Positions 1 to 11,700 of a DNA stretch of 64,000 nt are shown here, in pieces (the first letter of the stretch is position 1; each line of letters starts with the position of its first letter). The stretch is from Tubiluchus corallicola (lineage: Eukaryota > Animalia > Priapulida), in NCBI GenBank assembly GCA_030141605.1, contig JAQGDQ010001059.1, positions 2,583 through 66,582 of the forward strand, read 5' to 3'. The notes below the pieces were generated by a model. The model saw only the letters and a program-made list of their open reading frames with translations. It was not told the DNA's origin and searched no databases. Position numbers and translations under genes: made by a program.

Positions 1-687
1 GATATTTAGTCAAAAATTAACAGTAGCTTAAGCAATTACGGTACGAGATACAATACAGCATGATTGACATTTAGTCAAATATTGCTAGTAGCTTAAACAA
101 TTACAGTACGAGATACAATACAGCATGAATGAAATTTATTCAAAAATTACCAGTAGCTTAAGCAATTACAGTACGAGATACAATACAGCATGAATGACAT
201 TTAGTCAAAAATTACCAGTAGCTTAAACAATTACAGTAAGAGATACAATACAGCATGAATGACATTTAGTCAAAAATTACCAGTAGCTTAAACAATTACA
301 GTACGAGATACAATACAGCATGAATGACATTTATTCAAAAATTACCAGTAGCTTAAACAATTACAGTACGAGATACAATACAGCATGAATGACATTTAGT
401 CAAAAATTACCAGTAGCTTAAGCAATTACAGTACGAGATACAATACAGCATGAATGACATTTAGTCAAAAATTACCAGTAGCTTAAGCAATTATGGTACG
501 AGATACAATACAGCATGATTGAAATTTAGTCAAAAATTACCAGTAGCTTAAACAATTACAGTACGAGATACAATACTGCATGATTGAAATTTAGTCTAGT
601 ATGCCAGTAGCTTAAACAATTACAGTACGAGATACAATACAGCATGAATGAAATTTAGTCTAATATGCCAGTAGCTTAAGCAATTAC
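1..687. repeat. 65-bp tandem repeat array (about 10.5 copies, runs off the window start)
   Basis: Unit GACATTTAGTCAAAAATTACCAGTAGCTTAAACAATTACAGTACGAGATACAATACAGCATGAAT recurs every 65 nt. Confidence 0.95.
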
Positions 688-827
688 TGGTAACCTTTGA
701 CCTTTTTGCGATCATGTGGAACTGTGAAAAGGCTTGTTGTGCTTGAGAAATGAGTGCCTGGCAGCTTCCACTTTTAACGAATTTTCTTTTATTTAGATGC
801 CCGTAGAAGCCGGACATTTTAGCCACA

Positions 828-990
828 ATGGAAGATTACTGTCGCGCTGTACTAAAGGTGGTAGTTGCTCAAATTTGCCAGAACCTCGGTTGGAACAGCA
901 TCCAAACCACGCCGTGTGATCTGCTGGTCGATATCTTGCATCGTTACTTAGAAGATGTAGCAAGAACCGCACACCGATATTCAGAGCAGT
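828..990 (+). CDS. TAF3: TAF3 coding exon 1 (histone fold); an acceptor at 796/797 implies a 5'UTR intron
   Basis: MEDYCRAVLKVVVAQICQNLGW...HRYSEQ; donor T|GTAAGA. Confidence 0.93.
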
Positions 991-3900
991 GTAAGACTAC
1001 TTGGTTTACTTAAAGCAGGGGTGTGCAAATTGCGGCCCGCCGAGAGAATTTGTGCAGCCCGCGAAGAGATTTGTCAACCTAATGAAAGTGCGGCCCGGGT
1101 GATTAATTAAGTGTATCCAGCTGAAGTCCGTACCACGATCGCAAAGATAGTGCCGGTAGTTTTTTCTACTAGATCGGATGCCATTAACCCTTACAAGACG
1201 GTTGTAGCTTAATGTCGCTGTACTACACAGACTGTGTGATACACATTTCTAGTATGCAATGTAATGAAATTACCACTATCTATCCTGAAAGTAGAAATAT
1301 ATGGTTTGTAATATAAATTTTAATAACTTCTAAAATAGTTTCTTGAGTGTAGTAGTAATGATGTACGCAGGTCGGATGCAAAAAAAAATCGTTATTTGGC
1401 CTTTCTGTACTTGGCTCCTTGATCAAACTGCCTGCGGCACGCAGGAATTGCAGGAAAGTTTAATGTGGCCCGGCTAGTCAGATAATTTGCACACCCCTGA
1501 TTTAAAGCAAAACAGGACGATTTTCGCATCCTACCCGCATCTAGAAGTATGGTAAACTGTATGCCAAAGCACTTCTGATAATTAAATAATAGGCTTAAAA
1601 CTTAATTAACAGCGGATGAGCCCAGCTAGTGACGACATCACAAACGAACATTATTTTCAACAGCACAAATGTTCCACGAGTGTGTTGCACATGTTTGCGA
1701 AAGCGAAAATTGAAGTACAGTGCTACTGAACAACATTTATTGTGTTGCACTAAAACTAGGCAAGTTTTAAAGTATAAAGTTAAATTTCAAATTTACCGTT
1801 GTGTTCACGCGTGAGCTGTCGAACGTATGGAATTTGTCACAGACTAACATTTCTGAACTGAGAGGTACAGCACCTGTTTTTCGTGCAATGCATTTCCAAA
1901 ATGCAGCCACTAGTGCCCATCTAACTAACAAAAGGCGAAATGCATGTAACAGCAAAGAACTAGCCATGCCATTACGAAATTACTTGCGGTAATAATTCTT
2001 TCATGTAAGTCATTATTTAAAAAACAGTATGTTTCCTTTAAATATATTAAAGAGTAGATTCTTTTGACATACAGTTTAAGATTGGCTCCGGTTTTACTTT
2101 AAAAATGACAAAAAGATGTAAAAATGGACAGGACTTATGCGGCGCTTCTGTTCAACTTTAAATGGATGAAATAATAATAATTATTATTAATTAATTAATT
2201 AATTATTATTAATAATTATCCTAATAATTATTCCGTGAGTGTCTGGTGTTATTACAGATGTACAGTGTTCCCTCACTTACCGCGGGTGTTCCGTTCCAGG
2301 CCCACCCGCAATGAGTGAATTTCCGCGAAGTAGGGATGCTATACGTATTTAATACTTACACGTTTGGGTGTCAGCGTAGGGCTTGAATAAATTCAGTCTC
2401 TAGTGAAAATTTCACAAATAGCATACAAGAAAACAAATTGCACGGTACCTGAGCCAATCAGCGACTGGGATATAGAGCAACATTCTCTGATTGGTCGCTT
2501 TCCATCAGTCAACCAATCGTGTGTTGTGTACAATCTCACATCGGTAAGTAGCATCTCAAACAGGCGCAAGTACTACATTTCGTTTTTGGCGTGTATTCAT
2601 CCGCCGAATAAATACACTATTTACTGTAAATGGTAATTTTTTATGATTTATAATATTCTTTGAAAACCCGCGAAACAGCGAGTCCGCGATAAATGAACCG
2701 CGAAGTAGCAAGGGAACACTAATTGATGAATTTGTCGCATACATACTTTCATTCTAAATGTAAACCTGCACATTAGAAAATTCTTTGCTACTCATATGGA
2801 GTGAAAGTTACTTTATTATTATGACTTATCACTTTGCGACAATTATAGTAAATGTTGTGTTGAACAACCGAAAAAATTGCTTATAATGATGCATTTGTAA
2901 ACTGTTTCTGCTCAGGTTTGATTGCAATGCATCTAGCATGTTTGTTAACCTTGTCTTACTGCACTTATTTCACTTAAAAAGGTAATATATGCTTTTAGGT
3001 TCTGTCAGTGGCATCGCTAGGGAGGTGCAGGGGTGACACCGCATTAAGTGACACCGATCCTAGCAATGCCCCCTGGGTTCTGTACTCTCACCTGTTTGAC
3101 TGTTATAACTCTCACCTGTTTTCCCTTCCCCCGCTTTCACTTCTCGAATCTTCTCTTGGCACCTCCTCCTGTTTGACCATCCCCGTTGGTGACACATAAT
3201 CATCCGGTTTTTCTAAAGAATTTTAGTGCTGTAGTTTTGTCCAATATGAATCATAATATTTTAATAAAGATTCTTCTTCTTCTTCTTCCCAGTTTTTCCC
3301 TATTCGGGGTCGCCGTTGTGAATGAGTCTTCTCCACGCATTCCTGTTGTTGACCATCTCTTCATTTATGTCTTCCCTTCCCACATGATCTTCACCGACTC
3401 TTCTTTTCGGGTGTTCATACCATCGCAATCTTGCGAGGCTTCCACTACTTTTACTGTTCCTCTGATATTATTATTTCTAATTTTATCTCTTCTTGTTATT
3501 CCCACCATTCATCTCAACATCCTCATCTCCACCACACCCATTTTCTTCTCTTCCGTCTTCTTTAGAGAAGCTACTTCCAGCCCATAGATCAGAGCATGTC
3601 TGACCACTTCTTGTGGACTTTCCCTTTAAGTCTCACTGACTGATTCATAGAAGGTTTTGGCGCAGTTTTTACAGGCAGATGCCCTTCCTGACCCTAACCC
3701 TCCCTATTTATCCGGGCTTGGGACCGGCACTGAGTTGGGCTGGCTTGCCCCCCCCCCCAGTGGTTAGGTTAATATTTTAACAAAGATTAATTAATGCATT
3801 ATCAATCGCTGATTTGCTCTATGTGATTTGCAGTTGGTCGCACGGACCCCGTGTTGGACGATGTTGGGTTAGCTTTTAGAGATCTTGGCATATCTGTTAG

Positions 3901-6900
3901 CGAGCTTGAGGACTATGTTAGAGAGGTGAGCTGCAGTTGTTAATCTTTTTTACGAACTGGCCTTACTTCAGCTATTTGTTAAAGCACAAGAAAACACTTC
4001 ATAAACATAAAGCTTAAAAATTCGTTTTGAAATTTTATATCACTTACATACTGCCTTTATGCATGCAGGACTTTAATCAGCAATCATGCTGTATAAAACG
4101 TGTAAATTTAAACTTCCGTGATGACCGTTAGACGCAGCCATTTTCACGACAGGTCATTTGAAACAAGTTTAGATAACATTTTGTAAAGTTTGAAAAAATA
4201 ATCAGAGCATTCGTAGCGCACAAATCACTAACTAAGAAAAATTTTAAATTACTGTATCTTGTCAATAAGATTAAAAATACGTTTTTTAGTTAGTAAGTTT
4301 TGCACCCTGGAGGGCGAGTCAGCGACATTTTACCAATCGGTGAAAACATTTTAAACAATTAATAATTTTCTTTTCTAGTTACATAAGTCTTTCTAGAAGG
4401 TAAGCGAAAATCTAAGTAATATAGATTTGCACGGAAAGTCTTTTGGGACATAATTTAACATTGCTTTCTCTTCCCTTCATTTACATTTGGTGCATGACGT
4501 CATGTAATGGCGACTTCGGAACAGTATTGCGGGAGATTTAAAATGAAAACAAACTAAAATTCCTTTCAGTGCGAGTAAGATATACGCATAAAATTGCTAT
4601 AAAGTAATATAATTTTTTAAGACGATTTTTCTGAAACCTACTTTAGGTGCCCCTTTTCTTGTCCTTTAAGCATTTTTCTTTCTTAGACAATTTTGCTCTT
4701 ATAAATGTACATCTACATTGGTTGGGTACCTAGGAATTCTTTTATTATATTTCGGTGGTAGTGATCTGAGCATTATTTGGTGCTAGGTGACCCTGTTTTG
4801 AACAAGTCTTTTCGTAGTTTCGTAGTGCGCACGTGCACTTGCTGTAGGTCAAAGGTTAATTCTACCACAACAACGCATATTAACTACAACCGTCAAAATT
4901 GTTGTGCATGTGCGTGACGTGCGTAAAGCAAAATTGTCTGCCGCATCAGTTCAGTCACTTCAGTTTTTTCGCAAATTTTTCTTAATTGCGCATTAGTCTG
5001 TGTGCCGAGTAATTTGCTAGCAAGATCTTTCTGGGGAACAAAAAAATGAAATAGGTAAGGTTCTAGCTAGCTGTCGAAACTGTTACTATTACAAAAGCAT
5101 GATCTATGAGGTGTTTTAAAGTGTAATGTTTGACCTTTTCGCGACCATCTGAAAAAGAGAAAAGGCTGACATTTGTAAAGTGGATATAGTAGGTGTGTCA
5201 CAAATGCTTACGTTTTTTCATAATTACTTTCTTGGGTTTTTCATTATACAGCCTAGTCTCGTTATCTCGCCACTGTCCGTCTAGGGCAAATTTTTGGCGA
5301 GAGGCGAGTATGGCGAGATAACGGGAATATAACGAAGTTAGTCTATATGTATACACATAATAGTTGATTAACATAGTGTTCCTCTATGTACATATAAAAT
5401 ATATTTCGCATTATGATACCAATCAACATGTAAAGTTGCTCACACTTTGTGGAAACTCAAACTTAAACGCAGCTTTGGTGTTAGAGAGTAAGGATATCGG
5501 TGACGCTTTAGTTTCTCTGCGCATTAACCAACCACAGCACTCCTAATCTAATCCTGGTGAGACACACACTAGATTAATTATGTCTGTCTATCGAGTACAG
5601 CAGCATTGTCTACATACCGCGGTTATATTGATCGACACGCGGTAAATGTATTGATCGATTCACCTCTGAGTTTGTCTGTTTGACGACATAACGAATATAG
5701 TTTACATCAGCACTCATCCTAGCATGACGTGGCGAGGGCGAGAAGCGAGGGTGGCGACTTAACGAGGTAAATATCAAAGCAAGAAATCCGTGCTGGTACT
5801 TTCTATGGGAGAGACGAGTTTGGCGGCATAACGAGGGGCGAGATAACGAGGCTAGACTGTAATAAACTTGATTCTCGTTTTGTAGGTGGAACCGATACCG
5901 TTTGCACAAAAAGCGCGAGCATTTCCGGTTCCCAAGCCAAACAACCTGCATTTCCCGGATCCCAACTGCAAGGAGGTGCGGACACGCCCTGATCACATAC
6001 CCCGTTATCTACCGCTCATGTATCCGGAGGGCAATGGTGAGTGTGTCAGATTTCTTAACAATAGATGGCACCACGTGTTCAACAAAGTTTTAATGCTCGT
6101 TATAAGTCTATTGTTTAATAATGCATTGCTGTAACCTCGGATTTCCTTGAAATGCAATGCTGTTGTTGTTGTTGTTGTTGATTTTAAAGAAAAACTGGAC
6201 GATTGTGTAAACATTAGTTCAAAATAATGTCTGCTGTAAAATATTGGAAACTACAACAGCTTTTTTTAATCAAAGCTTCAGGAATGAGAATTTTCCACGG
6301 ATACGCTGAATTCCGAGTTTTTGGAAGACCAGTAGTGCCATTTTTGTAAATCGCGTAAATTCGTTGAGAAAGTTTTTACAGACCCAGTACATTATTTCAC
6401 AATCTGACCGCTAGGTGGCAGGCCGTCACTTTGTTTACATCACGTACATCAGTGTAACCACGTGTATATCTCTATGTGTAAAAATATAGAATCAATTGTG
6501 CGGAGTTATTTGAGTCAATTGCAGACAGTTTTTATATACTTTTGCATAGGAGCGGCCAGTACTTAGGCGTTTTTGAGACAATTAGGTATCATGTATCCTT
6601 GATAGTTGGGTATTTTAAATTATGCATGAAACAAGGTAATTGATATTTCAAGTCCACTTAGAGGTTCTCTGTGGTCACAAAATTGCGATTTGCCCCCAAA
6701 CCCTCGGCCTGTTTCAGAGTTTTTTGCAATTTGTCATTCTCATCCCTGAAGCTTAAATTAAATAATAATTGTCTCGAATGGTTAAGCGTTCGTCTGTGTC
6801 GACACTTAGAGCTCATTTTCGTGATATCGCACAAACATCTTACAGCAATCTTCACTTGCGCACGCTTGTTTGAAGTGCAGGGAAGATGTCTACTATTGCA

Positions 6901-7836
6901 CAAATTGTCTATAGTTTGTGGTATGAGCGATAGCTGAGTTTGACATGAAGTTTTAAGATAAAAAGTCAAATTTCAAATTTACCACTGTACTCGCGCATGA
7001 GCTGTCGAACGTGTGCAGTACGTCACAAACGAACACCCATGAGAGGTACAGCACCTGTTTTTTTGTGCAATGGTTTCCCAAAATGCAGGTGCTAATCCCC
7101 ATTTAACTAGAGAATGGCGAAATGCATGTACCAGCGAAGAGCTAGCCGCGTGAACCTTAGCTAAGCTAATCTAAGCTAATTAGATTTCTATTAGCTGTCT
7201 GAATTGATTGAGACAACTTTTGCTTTTTGTTGCAATGAAAAATATTTCTATTTCTATCGTTTCTCTAGTTACTTTTTTGTCATTTTTATCTAGAAAAAGA
7301 AGAGGCGCCTGCATCTCCGGCATCTCCTTCTGCCAAATTTTTGGAGGAAATGGTTTCTCCCAGAACAGCTAGCCCAGTTGTGCCTGGAAAACGACCCGTA
7401 ACGGGCGTCTCCCCGGAGGACGTCTTCTCTGCTAAGCGGCCAAGGTATCCCCTTGTTTACATTGCGGTGCTGTACATGTGTCAGCTATTACTATATATGT
7501 GTTACTATATATATTTGCAAAGCAAAATCGTTCATAAGTTGGTATAGCTAAATGTCAAATGTCAATTTTTTGTTTTTTATAAAACCAGACAGTTTAGTCT
7601 AGTGGTAACGCGTTTGCTTTCCGTCTGGCAGGTCGTGAGTTCGAACCAGCGGCCGGGTCATAGCAAAGACTTTAAAAATGGTACCTGCTGTTGCCCTGCC
7701 TGACGCGTGGTATTTAGGGTAAAAGTGGGGTAATAATTGTCTCTGTTATGCAGTTGTAGGTTGTTATTTACAGTCGGCGATAATAGCTCTTTGAGCTAAT
7801 GTTAATTGTTGACCCAAAAGCCGACTTTAAATAAAG

Positions 7837-7924
<88 letters not shown>

Positions 7925-7930
7925 TTAATA

Positions 7931-7962
<32 letters not shown>

Positions 7963-7973
7963 ATTATTATTAC

Positions 7974-8050
<77 letters not shown>

Positions 8051-8623
8051 ACGCTAAACGTATTGTTCTTTTATATTCTAGTATCAAGTTATCAAGAAAA
8101 TGTTCGAAAAATACTAAAAATCTGCCCCTATACTTTCTGGCTAAACTAGTACTACAATTGTAAAAAAATTTGTATTTTCAAACTCCGATTGTAGCTCGTG
8201 GAAGCAGTCATTTTGCTTCGGTTCTGCTAGCAAGCCCAGATGTTCGTCAGAAAGAGCCATCTAGTGGCTTTAAACATAACTTTTATGTTTTCTTGCTGAG
8301 TCCATAGCAACCAACATTTGTACGGTTGCTTAAGTGTTTCATAGAACTGCGACCAAAAAATGGCTGACTTTAACAGCAATTTTCTCAAGATTATGCTTTT
8401 CAGTGCGCAGCCTGCACCTCAACTTTTAACTTTGAAATCGCTTTTTATTATTCGCTTATAACATGAAAATAAAAAGTTCAGTCTTGCTGGTATTTGAACC
8501 CAGGGCCCCTGCCAGCTGAGGGGCCTCCAGAGATTCAGTAAGCAAAATTAATTTAGTGTGAAAAGTTACCACAGAATGAGAGCAGGTGTATGCTGAATTA
8601 CCTCTTTAAAAAGGCCTCGGTTA

Positions 8624-8701
<78 letters not shown>

Positions 8702-11700
8702 CTTTATTTAATGTCGGCTTTTGGGTCAACAATTAACATTAGCTCAAAGAGCTATTATCGCCGACTGTAAATTTCAACCTACAACTACATAACAGAGACT
8801 ATTATTACCCCACTTATACCCTAGATACCGCGCATCAGGCAGGGCAACAGCAGGTACCATTTTTAAAGTCTTTGGTATGACTCGGCCGCTGGTTCGAACT
8901 CACGACCTCCCAGACGGAAAGCAGACGCATTACCACTAGACTAAACTGTCTGGTTAATTAACAGTCTACATAATAATACAGTAGAATTGTTTACTTGCCC
9001 ATTATTCCAACTTACTGGTACTGGCACACCGACAATCCTGATTACAATGGAATTGAGGTCATATCTCCTCTGACAAAACTACAATTTATTATAATTTGCA
9101 AGTATTATGTTTAATGTTTCAAAAACTTGTTTTAATTTTGCAAATATCGGAACATCTCCTCCCTTCTTGTTAGAATTGCACTTATCCACCTGGGTCTAAT
9201 GTTGACATTATACTGAAAAGTTAAATAAACTTATTTGAATAATCCAACATTCATACTTTTGTTAATTGTTACTGGGGGGCCGGAACGTCACAGTACCTGT
9301 AGCGCAGGGGCCTACAAAACCCGGCCCTGGGAAAGATGGACAAGTTTATGCGTCCCGCTGAGGAAGAGTTTTATTGTTTGCATTTGTTTTAGGACAATCT
9401 CACAGGAAGGTCAGCATTCCCCGACTCGTGAACCAACCAGTGTGGTAATGACATCTCAGGGGGTGATATCCCCCGTCTGTGCCGGGAAGCTTCCCGAAGC
9501 GCGAGCCCCCGTTGGCTCTGTGCCCGTCCAGGCAGTCGTTCAGGGGTCGGCGGCCGAAGAGAACGCAGCTGAAGTCAAGTCCAAGAGACCCGTTAAGATG
9601 ACCCCAAAGATGGTCGCCCTGGCTAAGAAGATATCCCAGCGTGCACCGGCAACAAAGACTCCTTCTAAAGTCTTGAAGAAGAAGTTGGTTGCCAAGCCAA
9701 AACGGGCGTCCACGCCCAAGGCGGCCTTGGCAGTGGCCGCAAAAGCAGCAAAGATACAGAAGCCGGCGGCCGTGGCCGTAGCCTCGAGGAAGTCCAAGTT
9801 GGCCATATTTTTGCCCAGAGCCAAAGCCGTCAAGGCCAAAGAGGAGTTGAAGAAGGTCAAGAAGGTGCGGCGACCTTCGAAGGGAAAACCGCAGCGAACG
9901 ACGCTGATAGTGGAGACGGAAAAAGAGGAGACCACGGTTGCCGTGGAAACGCACGAACCGGTCGCGAAACGCGAAGGCAGAACCCGAACCGCGGAAAAAG
10001 AAAAAAGAAAAAGCGGCAAGGAAAGTCGAGAAGCCCGTATTGCGGCGCATCTGGAAGCCGAATTTGACAGAGGTGATTCGGCCGTGACGGCCAGGAAAGA
10101 GAAGGACAGACGACAGGCATCGTATACAGAATCCATCGACTTGACCTTGAAGACGTTGAGGACGGACCTCGGTAAAGGTTTGGACGAAGGAGACACTAGC
10201 ACCGAATTTGAGAAAGACAAAAACTTGGCGAGTTCTGACGGTGGCAAAAGGACGTCCGATGGCTCTAGCGTGGACGACTCGATCGAGGAAGTCTTACGCC
10301 AGATGAAACAGCAGAAGGAACAGAGCCCGGAACCTTTTGATGAACCAGAGGCTGCCTCTTCTGTAAAAAAGGAGGAAGGAGAGGCGGAAAATTCCCTGAA
10401 AGAGAAAATGAAACAAAAAATATTCAAAGGAAGGAAGATTAGAGGATCTCCTCGTGTAGAAGAGGTGACCAGAGCACAAGTTTCTCCTCTGCATGTCAAG
10501 ACAGAAAAGGCATCTGATGAAGAGCCGTTTCCTTCACCACCCACCAGACAGCAGCACCCACCATTCATGTTTCCGGGTAACCCGTACTTGCACATGCATC
10601 CTGGCATGATTTCACCTTTTTCCGTTTATCCACAATTTCCGGCCCGCTTTCCGGTGCCTCCCGCATTCGGTCAGCTGCCCATCGGTCAGAACCTTCCGCC
10701 GCTTCCCGCTCACCTTCCCATGATTCCTCCGGAACTTCGGACGGTGGGATTTCCTCCCTTTATGTTTCCGCCTCCTCCCGCTCACATGCATCCTCACAGT
10801 CAACTGGCGGCGTTTCCTCCGCCCGCTAGGCTGTCTCAGTCGCCAACGGGGATGGTCAAACACGAGGAGGCGCCGAGAGAGGATTCGAGAAGCGAAAGCG
10901 AAGGAAGGGAAAACGACATCGATGTTATAACAGTCAAACAGGTAAGAGTACAGAACCCAGGGGCATTGCTAGGATTGGTGTCACTTGTTGCAGCACCCCT
11001 GCACCCCCCTAGTGATGCCACTGAGAGAACCACAGCCTCTTGTCAGTAACAATAGTACAGAACCCAGGGGCATTGCTAGGATCGGTGTCACTTGTTGCGG
11101 CACACCTGCACCCCCCTAGCGATGCCACTGACAGAACCACAAGCCTCTTGTCAGTAACAATAGTACAGAACCCAGGGGCATTGCTAGGATTGGTGTCACT
11201 TGTTGCAGCACCCCTGCACCCCCCTAGCGATGCCACTGACAGAACCACAGCCTCTTGTCAGTAATAACAGTACAGAACCCAGGGGCATTGCTAGGATTGG
11301 TGTCACTTGTTGCAGTGTCACCCCTGCACCCCCCTAGCGATGCCACTGACAGAACCACAAGCCTCTTGTCAGTAACAACAGTAGAGAACCCAGGGGCATT
11401 GCTAGGATTGGTGTCACTTGTTGCGGCACCCGTGCACCCCCCTGGCGATGCCTCTTGTCAGTAACAACAGTGAGAGTTTGTAGAAATAATTTGTAGTACT
11501 TTTAAAGGAAAACAGGACGATTGTGTAAACATTAGTTCAGAATAAAGTATGCTCTAAAATATTGAAAACTACAATAGCTTTTTTTTAAATCAGAGCTTAG
11601 ATTAAGTAACACTTACCTCCGATAATTAAATTTCGTTAAACTTTCAAACCTGTTTTTTGTATTTTTCATTATCACATTCTTTCTTCGGGTTTTCCTCGAA

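Noticed and set aside
7584-7660. tRNA gene
   Set aside because: A and B boxes are present but there is no convincing cloverleaf; it is the head of a SINE
10510-10530. Hammerhead core CTGATGA matches (also at about 35057 and 41768)
   Set aside because: No supporting stems or paired GAAA seen; two of them lie within coding exons
9400-10607. Long antisense ORFs (216 and 355 aa), and similar ones opposite exon 8, the giant exon, SPC24 and DUT
   Set aside because: Shadows of GC-richer coding sequence with no recognisable domains
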